Assembly (NCBI RefSeq): GCF_964204645.1
Contig: NC_134027.1
Span: 12,246,485-12,310,484 of the forward strand
Source: Tubulanus polymorphus
Lineage: Eukaryota > Animalia > Nemertea
DNA length: 64,000 nt
Direction: 5' to 3'
Position 1 is the first letter of the stretch; every line of letters starts with the position of its first letter. The notes under the pieces were generated by a model, which worked only from the letters and a program-made list of their open reading frames with translations, was not told the origin of the DNA and made no database searches. Below, piece after piece: positions 37,434 through 49,460 of the stretch. A program made the position numbers and the translations under genes.

Positions 37434-37953
37434 GTAGGTGTAATGGTTATAAACAATTATATAGTTTAGTTTTAGAATGGATTATTTGATGACGGTAGTC
37501 ATGTCATAGTTTTTTTTGAAGGTTTTGTTTTAACTCTACATTCTTCGGTTTTTATTAGGCCAGCCGTAGGCTGAGCCTATTACTATACAAATGGAGCGAA
37601 TTTAAATGACATGGTTTCCACACAAAAGGCTCTTTTGCTTGCCAAGTGAGGGCATATTCGAACAAATCACGTATTTAAGCGTAATCCATTCTCGGAATCG
37701 TAGCGAGCAGAATTTTGAAATAGGGTCTCATAAAAATGTTTTCTGCATTTTTCACGAAAGTTAAATCGGGAAAATTTCAATTTTTATCAGCCAATCAGGA
37801 AGTTGTGTCTTCCCTGTGATTGGTTTATCTGAAAATATCAGCAGCTGTTCACGTGAATTATCGCGATTTCATTACTGGCGCTTTTGCGCATGACGTCATG
37901 TATCAACACGTGACAATACTTCCGCGTTCGCTACGTGTTCGCTGATTGGCCCA

Positions 37954-38529
37954 AGTAATAGGGGTAATAGGCTTTCATACCAAAGGTCGAACGGTCGAGC
38001 CCATTAAAAAACAAAATATTAAAAGTAATTAAAAACTATAATATATTTTCATAACCGCGTGCATTTTATATCAAAACTAAATATTTATTCTAAGATATCA
38101 ATAATATAAAAAGCATATTGTATTAAATCAATTGGTCGCTCCGCTTCGCCACCGCTCCGCTCCGCGACCAATTGATTTAATTACAATACACAAATTCAAA
38201 TAATCAAATATATTCAAATGATAATAATTATTCTATTATTCAACTGAAATGCACGCGGTTATGAAAATATATTATAGTTTTTTAATTACTTTTAATATAT
38301 GTTATTAATGAACTCGATCATTAAACCTTTGATATGAAAGCCTATTACCCCTATTACTCTTAAAATATTCATATATATATGAATAAAATATAAATCATTG
38401 AACTTCTAAAATCAATTTTAATAAAAAATATAGTATTAAAATGGAAGCAAATAAATACTACTGCCCAACATGTAATATCGATATAGATAAATCCCAAAAA
38501 GCAAGACACAATAAAACTATAACACATTT
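37954..38529 (+). repeat. Polinton left TIR (about 576 bp), containing a 405-bp internal palindrome
   Basis: Reverse complement of 55780-56356; 37954-38358 folds back on itself. Confidence 0.95.
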
Positions 38530-41500
38530 AGAGAATAAATTGAAACTAGAATATAAAGATGATATATTAGAAACTAAATTAGAAGAATTAAAGAATGAAA
38601 AAGAAACATACAAATGTGATACATGTAATCAATCATTCAGTGATAAAAGATATTATAAAGAACATTTAAAATCTATAAGTCATATTAGAAATAAGAATAA
38701 TGATATTTTAGGTGAAGATTATTTTGATAATGATAACGATAAGAAACAGAAGACAATTAAAAGAATAAAAAATAAATTAAACAATAAAAGACCATACATG
38801 GAAGATGTAAGAAATTATATTAATTCATTAGATAATAAAAAAGATATAGAGATAACCGAAGCATTTAAAAGTGATATTGGTCCAGCAGCTATCGAGTTTA
38901 AATTTCATAAAGGTAAAACATTAGAAGAAAATAAAAAACATTTAGAAAATATGAAAGAAATAATAAAAATAATTACAGATGTTGAATATCCTAAAATTAG
39001 TATATCAGTTAAAGTAAAGTTTATAAAATCTGAAGATAAACCAATATATAATATAAATTCTCATTCACAACATATTATATCTAAACAACATATAGATGAT
39101 AAATTAAATAAATGTTATAATGAAATAAAAACTAAAATAGAAGAGAAATATTTTGAAGGCTCTGGTTTAATATTTGATGAGATAATATTTATAACTTTAC
39201 ATGTTTATAACACAAAATATAATAAGTTAACTAAATCAAAACCAATTGATGAAAATAATTTATCATATGATAAAGATGATAGTATAAATGGAATAAGTTA
39301 TATTAAACTACCATTTAAAACTAATGGTGTAATAAATATACAAAATTTTGATAATAAATGTTTTATATGGGCTATAATAAGTTTTTTACATCCAACAGAA
39401 GAAATTACACATAGTTTTAGATTAACTCATTATAAACAATTTGAAAATAATTATAAGATAGATAAGTATCCTGTTAGAATTAAAAATATTCCAAAAATAG
39501 AAAGAGATAATAATCTTAAAATAAATGTATTTGATTTGATTAAATTACCAAATACAAAAGGAAATAATATTAAACATTATACATTAGAACCTTTATACCT
39601 ATCAAAAGATTATGATTCAAATAATGTTATAGATATACTATATTATGAGAATCATTATATGTGGATTAAACAAATCGATTTATTTTTTAGAACAGAAAGT
39701 GATCACCATAATAAAATATATCTATGTAGAAAATGTTTACATAAATTTAGTAATGAAAGTACATTATTAAATCATAAACAACTATGTGATAATCATGATT
39801 ATTGTAAATTAGTTTTACCAAATGAAAAAGATAAAATATTAGAATTCAAAAAATATGATTACAAAAATAAAGTACCATTTGTAATATATGGAGATTTTGA
39901 ATCATTAAATAAAGAATTAACAGATAAAGATAGAAAAGATATATATTATAAAAGAAAGAAATTAAATTCTAATGAAAGTGATTATTCAGAAGAACCACCA
40001 AAAACAAATACTATTAAAAAGATTCATCAATCAGCTGCAGCTTTCGGGTTATATATAAAATCTGATTATCCAGAACTAATTGAAAGTGAATATTATCATT
40101 GTAGAAATGAAAATGTTATCAATCATTTTTGTGACTTATTAATTGAATATGAAATAAGATTTAGTAAATTATTGAATACAAATAAAGAAATAATTATGAC
40201 AGAAGAAGATAAAGAAGTATTTGAGTTTGCAGATAAATGTTATTATTGTGAAAAGATATTTAATTATAAAGATAAAAAAGTAAGAGACCATGATCATTTG
40301 AATGGAAAGTTTAGAGGCGCTGCACATGAGAATTGTAATTTGCAAGCCAAAAAAGTAAATTTTGTCCCCATTATATTTCACAATTTATCGGGGTATGACG
40401 CGCATTTATTCATTAAGCAACTGTGTCATAAAATAGAAGAAATTAATAATGAAATAGAAATATTAAATTCAAATAAATCAAAAGATAAAATACCAACTTA
40501 TAAATTTAGAATGTTAGCTAAAACATCTGAGAATTATATATCATTCCAATTTGGTTGTCTAAGATTTATAGATTCATATAGATTTTTAAATAGTTCATTA
40601 GATAACTTATCAAAATCATTAGTTGATGATGAATTAAAGATATTAAAAGAATATTACCCAAATTATGATGATTTTAAATTAATGAGATATAAAGGCGCAA
40701 TTCCATATTCTTTCTATAAAAATCATAATGATTTTAAAATAACTGAATTATTGAAAGAACAATTCTATGATGAATTAAAAAATGAATATGTTAAAGATGA
40801 AGTATATAATAGAACATTGAATATTTGGAATCATTTTGAAATTAAAAATCATGGACAATTAGTAGATTTATATTTAAAATCAGATGTATTATTATTAACC
40901 GATATATTCGAAAGGTTTAGAGATGTAAACCTAAAATATTTCAATATTGATCCTTGTCATTGTTATTCATCTCCAGGATTAACATGGGATTGTGGATTAA
41001 AATTTACAGATATAAAAATGGATTTGTTAACAAATATAGATCAATTACTATTATTTGAAAAATCTATAAGAGGAGGTGTTTCAGGTGTATTGGGTGATAG
41101 ATATTTCAATGTAAATGATAATCCTGGATATAAATTATTATACATAGATGCAAATAATCTTTATGGTTGGGCAATGATGGAACCACAACCTTATGGGATG
41201 TTTGAAATAACTGAAGTTTTACAAATTGATAAATTTGATTGGAAGAAAAGAATCCTAGATATTGCAGATGATTCAGATACTGGTTACTTCTTCGTTGTAG
41301 ATTTAGAATACCCTGAAAATATTAAATTCAAATCTAGAAATCTAGCATATTGTCCCGAACATAAAATTGTTAAACATGAAGAATTATCAAATTATCAAAA
41401 AAGAATTAAACCTGAAAATCATATTCATACTGAAAAGTTAATGGTAACTCAAGAAGATAAATATAATTATGTAGTACATTATAGAATGTTGAAGTTTTAT

Positions 41501-42472
41501 TTGAATCAAGGAATGATATTAAAAAAAGTACATAGATATATTTCATTTAATCAATCTAAGTGGTTAGAAAAATATATAGATTTTAATACTACACAGAGAA
41601 CTAAATCTAAAACTGATTTTGAGAAGGATTTTTTTAAGTTAATGAATAATGCATTTTATGGAAAAAACATGTGAAAATATTAGAAATAGAAATGATATTG
41701 AGTTAGTTAGTAATAGCAAAAGAATTAGACATTTGCAATCGTATCCGAAATTCATAGGTAATAGAATATTCGATGAAAATTTAGCAGCAGTTAAGATGAA
41801 GAGAACGTCTATTAAATTCAATAAACCTATTTATGTTGGCGCATCGGTTTTAGAGTTATCAAAGCTATTGATGTATGAATTCTATTATAATGTATTGCAA
41901 CCCCATTTTGGGGAAAAAATATAGAAATCTTATATCTAGATACAGATTCTTACATATTAAAGATAAAAAGTGATAACATAACTGATGATTTAAAAATATT
42001 AAATCATCATTTTGATTTCAGTAACTATCCTAAAGATCATGAATTGTTTAGCAATGATAATAAAAAAGTTCCTGGGAAGTTTAAGGATGAATTAGGCGGT
42101 GAAGAAATGATAGAGTTCATTGGTATTAGATCTAAAATGTATAGTTATAAAACTAAAGAACATGAAGCTAAAAAGTTAAAAGGAATAACCAAAAATGTAG
42201 TAGAAAAGAATATTCATTTTAAAGATTACATCAATTGTATATTTAATGAAGAAGTTAGAAAACATAAAATGAAATGTTTAAGATCTGAAGATCATGAAAT
42301 GTATATTGAAGAGATAGAGAAGATAAGTCTAAACCCATTTGATGATAAAAGATATATTTTAGATGATGGAATCCACACAGTCGCCTATGGTTGCAATTTA
42401 GATGAATATATAAAATTCAAAAGAGAAGAAACAAAAGAAAATGAGATTATGAAAAGGATTCTAACGTGTTAA
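38441..42472 (+). CDS. Protein-primed family B DNA polymerase with N-terminal C2H2 fingers and inserted endonuclease VII-like domain; two frameshifts
   Basis: YGDFES (ExoI), RDHDHLNGKFRGAAHENCN (EndoVII-like), FHNLSGYDAH (ExoII), YLKSDV (ExoIII), YIDANNLYG (A), KLMNNAFYGK (B), YLDTDS (C, at about 41932), PGKFKDE, KLKGI. Frameshifts in A-runs at about 41665 and 41916. Confidence 0.95.
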
Positions 42473-42500
42473 TAAATTTCAATAAAAATTTGTATAATAA

Positions 42501-42842
42501 ATGGAGAGTAAACAAGTACACAATGAATTCTTAGATAGAATTAAAGATACTTCAAGCGTCAAATCTGTAGATTATAAATTTAAAAAGTTAACAGAATTAA
42601 CAATTCACAAGAAATATTTAATTACAAATATTGTTACAGTTACTAACAAATATGGAGATAAATTAGTAATTCATTTAGAATATGAAGGATTAAAAGGAAA
42701 TAAATATAAATTCAGAACTTATTTACCAGATAGATTTCATAGATTATCAAGTGAAGATCTAGAAGAATTATGTTCTGGAGATTTCTATTTCGTATACAAA
42801 GGTAAGAATGAAAAAGGGCACCATGAAATAGATTTCGAATAA
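42501..42842 (+). CDS. Small Polinton protein of unknown function (113 aa, beta-rich)
   Basis: Intact ORF with TAAATG start, directly downstream of pPolB. Confidence 0.75.
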   Translation: MESKQVHNEFLDRIKDTSSVKSVDYKFKKLTELTIHKKYLITNIVTVTNKYGDKLVIHLEYEGLKGNKYKFRTYLPDRFHRLSSEDLEELCSGDFYFVYKGKNEKGHHEIDFE

Positions 42843-42859
42843 GAAAATATATAAAATAA

Positions 42860-43615
42860 ATGGTAGAATTAAAAGAATATAGAATATATGTTGATTCTAG
42901 AAAACTTACAAATTATAAATCTCATAATTTATTAGTACAATTAGATAGAGAATTCAAAAATTGTGTTGATTTAAAATTAGTTAATATAAGTTTATGTAAT
43001 TCTTTTTACAATGTATCGGATAAAACTTTTGAACATAGAGGGTTTATGATTTATATGAGAAATAAAGATAAATGGTTTCATATATTTTTAAAACCAGGAT
43101 TATATAATTTAGAATCATTAGCGCAGGAAATTAATAGAAGAGCTCGGTTGAAAATCGGGGGCACTTCTGTATTTGAAATTAAATTTAATAAAATTGATAG
43201 TACTAATAAAATAAGAATAAAGATAACTAATGAACAACATAAATTCATGGTAAACAAACCAATGGCTAAAATGTTAGGAATTAAACCTCTTACAGTTACT
43301 GGAAACGCAGAAGGCAGCTCAAATATAATACCTTTTACACACTTTTATATTTATTGCAATTTAATCGAGCCTACAAAAACTTTCGAAGCAACTAAAGATA
43401 CAATTTGTAGTTCTAGTATACTAAATATTTTACCGCTAAAAAATGTTAAACAATTTGGAACTCAAATAAATTATAATTTAACAGAATGTGATTTTAAACC
43501 TTGCATTCCTAAATTTAATAATTTTAAATTAGAAATAAGAAATCATAATGGATACTTAATTGATTTAAATAACTTTCCTGTGATATATGAATTAGTTATA
43601 AGATGTAGAGAGTAA
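42860..43615 (+). CDS. Minor capsid protein (penton, single jelly roll)
   Basis: L..ISL.NSFYNV, PGLYNL, FYIYCNLIE...ILNILPL, and C-terminal LEIRNHNGYLIDLNNFPVIYELVI, the pattern of Polinton/virophage pentons. Confidence 0.75.
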   Translation: MVELKEYRIYVDSRKLTNYKSHNLLVQLDREFKNCVDLKLVNISLCNSFYNVSDKTFEHRGFMIYMRNKDKWFHIFLKPGLYNLESLAQEINRRARLKIGGTSVFEIKFNKIDSTNKIRIKITNEQHKFMVNKPMAKMLGIKPLTVTGNAEGSSNIIPFTHFYIYCNLIEPTKTFEATKDTICSSSILNILPLKNVKQFGTQINYNLTECDFKPCIPKFNNFKLEIRNHNGYLIDLNNFPVIYELVIRCRE

Positions 43616-43631
43616 TTTTTTTGATATATAA

Positions 43632-43988
43632 ATGAATATAACTGTTGGACCGAGTATATGTTTTGGATTTGATTTTAAACGTGAGAAAGAAATGAAATTT
43701 AATATTAATGATGTAATAACACATATCAAAAATATTACATTTTCTAATGAAACAACATTTGAGTATGAAACAACAATAGATAAAGAAACTTTAAATGTAG
43801 AAAAGATTACTAATTTAATTAGAGAATCTTTAAGATTTTATGAATTAGATGAAGATTTTATAATCGATGATATTAAAAAAATAATAATTGAAATATATAC
43901 AAATGAAACTAGTAATGAAATAAATGTTGAAATAATCATAAATAAGATAACTAAATATTTTGAAGATAGTAATTTTTTTGATAAATAA
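43632..43988 (+). CDS. Hypothetical acidic protein (118 aa)
   Basis: Intact ORF preceded by the TAATTTTTTT-N6-TAAATG motif. Confidence 0.7.
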   Translation: MNITVGPSICFGFDFKREKEMKFNINDVITHIKNITFSNETTFEYETTIDKETLNVEKITNLIRESLRFYELDEDFIIDDIKKIIIEIYTNETSNEINVEIIINKITKYFEDSNFFDK

Positions 43989-44210
43989 ATGAGTGATAAT
44001 AAGTGGATAATAACTGGATTATATAATGGCGCATTACTATCAGTTGGAACTGTTGGTTATTCAATGGTATTAAAAAAAGTATTCAAAATGGGAAGTGTTA
44101 ATGTTGATAGATTTGATATCAATGATATTTTGAAATTAACGTTAGCAGTTACTTTATCTAATTTAACTATTGATTATTTGGAAAAACAAAAATATATTCC
44201 TCCCATATAA
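43989..44210 (+). CDS. Small hydrophobic/membrane-associated protein (73 aa)
   Basis: Hydrophobic segments GALLSVGTVGYSMVL and ILKLTLAVTLSNL; motif-preceded start. Confidence 0.7.
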   Translation: MSDNKWIITGLYNGALLSVGTVGYSMVLKKVFKMGSVNVDRFDINDILKLTLAVTLSNLTIDYLEKQKYIPPI

Positions 44211-44234
44211 ATGCATAATTTTTTTGCTAAATAA

Positions 44235-44657
44235 ATGGCTTCTGCAATTATAACTATTATAGGATCGGCAATTGTTAACGCTTTAGCATTTACTGGTGGT
44301 GGTTATTTATTTAAACATATTGATAAAAATAGTTCATTAGGAGAACAAAGAAGACATAACTTAGCGTTAGAGAAATATAATAAAGCTGCAGAAGAATATA
44401 GAGAAAAGAGACAAAACTATATGGATTACATCAATAAAGAATTATATGATCAGAAGATTTCACACAGAGATTTTCAATCAGTTGATGATACAATGAGTTT
44501 ATATAACGCAGTAACCAATAAAGAAAAATTACATCTATACAAACCTAAATTATCAGATTATTATACCCCAAGTAAAGAACAACAGAAATATGAAATAATA
44601 TGGATTTTAGGTGGAACTGTTATTGTTATATTTGTTGCTTATAAATTTACTAATTAG
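44235..44657 (+). CDS. Membrane protein (140 aa) with Gly/Ala-rich hydrophobic N-terminus, helical middle and C-terminal TM
   Basis: ASAIITIIGSAIVNALAFTGGGYLF; IIWILGGTVIVIFVAY. Confidence 0.75.
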   Translation: MASAIITIIGSAIVNALAFTGGGYLFKHIDKNSSLGEQRRHNLALEKYNKAAEEYREKRQNYMDYINKELYDQKISHRDFQSVDDTMSLYNAVTNKEKLHLYKPKLSDYYTPSKEQQKYEIIWILGGTVIVIFVAYKFTN

Positions 44658-44676
44658 TAATTTTTATTCTAAATAA

Positions 44677-45111
44677 ATGGAAGATAAAGTTGATAGTATT
44701 GATATTATTCCTCATGATATAAATAAAACTAAATTAAAAACATATTTAGAAAAACAAATATTAGAATTTGAAAGTGACTTAAAGATAAAAAAGAAAAAAT
44801 ATTTAAAAAGTAAAATTATATATTATTTGATTATAAGTGGTTCGGTTACAATTAGTTCTGTAATAACATTTCTAGCAATATTCAGCCCATTAACAACTTT
44901 AGCTATATCAATTGGTGTGTTAGGATTAAGTTCAAGTGTTTTAACTGGTATAAGTTCAAAATTAAATATAAAAAGTAATAAAGAAAAAATAAAATCTAAT
45001 ATAAAAGAAATTAATAAATTAAAGAACACACTAGATTATATAATAAGTTTAAATGGTCATATAACAGTTGAAGAACAAGATAAATTATTAAAAGAATTAA
45101 TAAATTATTAA
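44677..45111 (+). CDS. Two-TM hairpin membrane protein (144 aa)
   Basis: About 45-aa hydrophobic stretch IIYYLIISGSVTISSVITFLAIFSPLTTLAISIGVLGLSSSVLTGI flanked by Lys-rich helices. Confidence 0.75.
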   Translation: MEDKVDSIDIIPHDINKTKLKTYLEKQILEFESDLKIKKKKYLKSKIIYYLIISGSVTISSVITFLAIFSPLTTLAISIGVLGLSSSVLTGISSKLNIKSNKEKIKSNIKEINKLKNTLDYIISLNGHITVEEQDKLLKELINY

Positions 45112-45127
45112 TTTTTTAATTATATAA

Positions 45128-46516
45128 ATGGTAGATAGTTTTCCAAAAGCTTTCCGATATAATAAATCAATTTAATATAATATTCCAGCAATAGATTTTA
45201 ATAAAGATATTACATATAGAAATGAAGTTTTAGATTCATTAACTAATTTAGAAATTTATGTTAATGAAACTAATAATTTTAATGCAAAGATGGAAAATAT
45301 ATTTCATGTATATTTAATTAATTTTAAAAAATTGAAAGATGAAAAACAATGGTTATTAAAATCTAATATGAAGTATTGGCAGAACCAATTAAATTTTGCT
45401 GTTTATTGTGCAACAACAGGTTGTGGAATTAGTTGGAATGATCATTTGAATAATTCTAAATATAAACTAATTCAAAGTTTATTTAGATTTCATACATACT
45501 TTCAAATCAGAATAATATTAAATGAATTAGAGTGCACTTTACCAGGATCTAGGTATTTTAAAGAATTAGATAATAATATTAATTTATCTAAGTTTTATAA
45601 AATTTGCAATGAATTTAATATAGATATAAATAATTCTGATTTTAGAACAAAAATTGGAACAATAAGATCACTTCCATGCCCTAAAAAGATTGCAGAATAT
45701 TGTGCACTTCCCATACCATCTAATAGTTTTTATAATATCTATAATAATAAATTAGGTTATGGTAAAATAGAAACAAAGGATTTAGAAACATTAAATTTCA
45801 ATAAATTACCGAAATTTTATGATAATTTAAAACAAGAAAACAATAATGGTTGGGTTTATTTTATTTTAGAAAATAGTAAAGGTTTTACTAAATCAGGTAT
45901 AGAAAGAATAAATCAATCTATTAGAACTTATTTGATTTGTATTCTAGGTGCGCAAGTTGAAACAAGATCACCGATAATTGGAAATTTGAATACATCATTC
46001 GATACACAAAAACAATTTAAAGTTTTATTTGAAGATTCAATTCATAATGATAAAAATAGATCGATTCCAGAAAACATTATTAGATATCAAAATTATTTAG
46101 ATAAATCTCATGTAAGACTTAATTATTGTATAGGCCCTAATCTATTAATTATTTCTAATGATTTAGTATTGAAGATGGGAAATATAATTGGTTATAATAA
46201 TCTAATTAAAACTGCAACAATAAATAATTCATTTGGATTGAATGATATAAATAAAAAGATTATTACTGCTCCAAAATTAATGGAAGGTGAAAAAAATAAA
46301 AAACATATTCAATCAACTGAAACTAAAACTAAGAATATTAAATTAAATAATGATTCTAAAATAAAAGATTGCAATACATCAGAAAATATTAAAACTGATA
46401 ATATTCAACATGATATAATTAAACTAAATGATGATAATAAATCACATGAAAATACTAAATTAGCTATAACTTGTATAGGAATTGTAATCGGAGGAATATT
46501 ATATTTTAAATTTTAA
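45128..46516 (+). CDS. Hypothetical protein (about 460 aa) with C-terminal TM; likely start 45128 with a frameshift near 45170
   Basis: The motif-preceded ATG at 45128 opens a short frame; the frame of ORF 45290 is open from about 45176. Contains YWQNQLNFAVYCATTGCGIS; ends LAITCIGIVIGGILYFKF. Confidence 0.7.
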
Positions 46517-46532
46517 TTTTTTTATTATGTAA

Positions 46533-48140
46533 ATGGATGTAGAAGGTGGAGAAGATTATGAAATGGGAGAAATGGGAAATAATAATGAAGGATATATTGA
46601 TGATGATTATAATGATGCAGAAACTAATATTGATAATGATGATGAATCAGCATATGATTCTAATTTAGCAGATAGTGGTTCTAAAATCCCATCAACAGAT
46701 GAATTTGATAGAACAAATAGAAAGAGAATAAATACTGAAAATGAAAATCCAGATTTAGCAAGACAAGAATTAGAATATAATGAATTTATATGATTTTAAA
46801 CCTTTATTTGAAGAATCTGGTTATAATATAAATGATAGAGGCGCTAGACTTTTAGTAAAAGATTTAAAATATTTAGATGGTGAATATTATTATTATTTGG
46901 ATGGTGATAATATTAATGGTGAATATTATATTAATATCTCTTATAAAAATCAAGACAAAATATTGGCAGAATCAACTTTGAAAAAATTAGAACCAGATAG
47001 AATTAAGAAAATTATTTATAATAGTAATAAACTAGAAGATGTAACAAAAGAAGAAATAGATCACTATAAAAAATTATTTAAAATAAGAATTAATGAGTTA
47101 TTTGACAAAATCTATGATAATTTAGAACCAGAAATGGAAGAGAATAGAGATCGATTAGATAGATTAAGATCTTCAACACCCGAAACATCGAGAAGAGATA
47201 TTCAACAAATTGATAATGATTCAAATCAATTACAATTAGGAAAACATTTTGATAGCATGTTAGATGCAATTCATTCATTTGACGAAGAGATGAATAGTAT
47301 TTTAGATACACCCGGTACTGAAACTGGTATAAATCGAATACAATCTTTACTAGAAAAAGGATTATTTGATTTAACTGATGATGAATTAGAAGCATTTCCT
47401 GAACAAGCACGTAGAGAAATTAAAGGTATGCAAGAATCAGCTGATAAAATTGCGCATGAAAAAAGTAAAAGAGATATTAAAATTAGATTTTTAGAAAAAG
47501 ATAGAACTGATAAAATAAAGAAATAGAACAACTAAAATTAGATAGAGATAATAAAGTTATTGAAGAAATTGAATTTAAAAAAAGAAATGCATATTTAGAA
47601 AAAGAAATTGATGATTTAGAATATAACATAGAATTACAAAAAGAAGAAATTAAATTATTATAAAAATCATATGATTATAATATTAATAGATTAAAAGTTA
47701 TTTTTAAAGATTTGTTGATTAAACCAAATTCTGAAATATCATTAAAAGACAGAATAAAGTTATTATGTAAATTAGAAGGAATAACAATTCTTTCAATTCT
47801 AACAGCTGTTACTATGGTATTTACAACAATTGGTTTAGCTATATCAAATGCTTTGAAATCTACTCCTACTCCCAATAAACCAGATAAACCTCCAGGCAAT
47901 AATTCTATACAAGATAAAGTTAAAGATGGTTTAAAGAAATTAGCAAAATATTTATGGGAACTATCTAAAAAATCTGCTGCAGCTTTACCAGGAGTTATTG
48001 CATCAATTGTTGGTTTTGTTTTAAAATCTGCAGGAAACATTATTAACTTTGCTGCTGAACATATTATTTTATTTTTAATTACAGTTGTAAGTGCTATTAT
48101 TTTTGGTTTAGTAAATATGATATCAAAAAATATCAAGTAA
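46533..48140 (+). pseudogene. Long acidic/coiled-coil protein with C-terminal hydrophobic helices, broken by several frameshifts or stops
   Basis: Overlapping pieces 46533-46793, 46780-47526 and 47712-48140 behind a single motif-preceded start. C-terminus EGITILSILTAVTMVFTTIGLAI...AAALPGVIASIVGFVL...IILFLITVVSAIIFGL. Confidence 0.7.
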
Positions 48141-48183
48141 ACCATGATATCAAAAATAAATAATTAATTTTTTTGTTAAATAA

Positions 48184-49428
48184 ATGAGTGGGAGTTATAT
48201 CAATCCTAAGAATCATAGAATATCTAATGCTATTAAAGCAGAAAGATCACATCATATAATTACTCATAACCCTTCAAATATTAATCCCGATGAAACTTTA
48301 TACGTTAGAATCCCTCGATTAACACAAAATACTTTTTATGTTCCAAATAGTATTTATTTATCAGCTGATATAAAAGTAATCGGTAATAATAATAATTATG
48401 TTGTTGATAATGTTGGAAGATATTTGATTAAAAAGTTAACAATAAAGATTGGTCCAGAAACAGTTTTCTCATTAGATGATTATAATTTATTTATGTATTA
48501 TAAAGATTTATGGTTAACTAAAGAAAATAGAAATAATATGATATTTCAAGGAATCCAATCAGAAAACCAAAATAAATTAAGATCAGAAGCTAATAGCGCA
48601 ATATTAACAAATGATGTAGATAAATTGATAAAAAGTATATATGGAAGCAAATATAAAATTCCATAAGACTTTGAATTGATAAATAATAATGCACCTTTAT
48701 ATAAATACGCAATTCAAGAAGATATTATATTCGAGATAACATTTGCTCCTGTAAATGAAATTGTAATATCTAGCGTTAATAAAGATATGAGTTATAAATT
48801 ATCGAATATATGTTTAGAATATGATACAGTAACTGATGAAAATATTTCAAGTATAATTCAAACTAAATACAATCAAGGATTTTCATTATTATATGATTAT
48901 ATTGATAAATTTAAAACTGTAACTATTAATGCAAATGATGAAATAATAAATGAGAATATTAACTTCCCTAGAAGATCTATTAAAGGTATATTAATATTTT
49001 TTACCATTGGAACGTATACTAATGGCGCAATAAATGTTGATAATTATTATAATCCTGAAATAACAAAAGTAGAAATAACTATCGAAGGATTAGCAAATAA
49101 AATATTTTGTCAAGGAATGAGGATGATAGATCAATGGGTAGAAATTAAAAAACATTTTATGAATGAAAAAGTAAAATCATTTGAAAATTGTAACATTAAT
49201 CAAATTGATTATTATACCGGTAATAAATATGCATCATGGTTAGATTTTAGAACAACTGAAGATAATTCATTACATGGTTCTGGAAAAAAACTACAAAATA
49301 CAAAAGATGGAATACAATTATTCATAACAAAGAAAAAAGGAATCAAAAATTTTAAAATGCACATTTATATTATATCTGACGCACAATTAAATATTATAAA
49401 TTCACAATTAGATAGTGTTATGTATTAG
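48184..49428 (+). CDS. Major capsid protein (double jelly roll), about 414 codons, with one in-frame TAA at 48664
   Basis: THNPSNINPDETLYVRIPRL, NVGRYLIKKLTIKIG, YKLSNICLEYD, NINFPRRSIKGILIFF, YNPEITKVEITIEG, WLDFRT..DNSLHGSG, YIISDAQLNI. ORFs 48184-48666 and 48676-49428 are in the same frame. Confidence 0.82.
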
Positions 49429-49460
49429 AATTTTAACTTTAATAAAAATATATATAATAA

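Larger units (their letters stand above)
43613..48186 (+). promoter_or_regulatory. Seven copies of a fixed-spacing TAATTTTT-N8-TAAATG putative late-promoter motif at gene starts
   Basis: Motif starts at 43613, 43970, 44216, 44658, 45109, 46514 and 48165, each exactly 19 nt before the ATG. Confidence 0.7.

Noticed and set aside
43613-48186. TAAATG and TAATTTTT motifs as mere stop-start coupling
   Set aside because: The TAA of TAAATG is the upstream stop only at 43989, and the TAA of TAATTTTT is the upstream stop in only three of seven cases; the spacing is invariant regardless.
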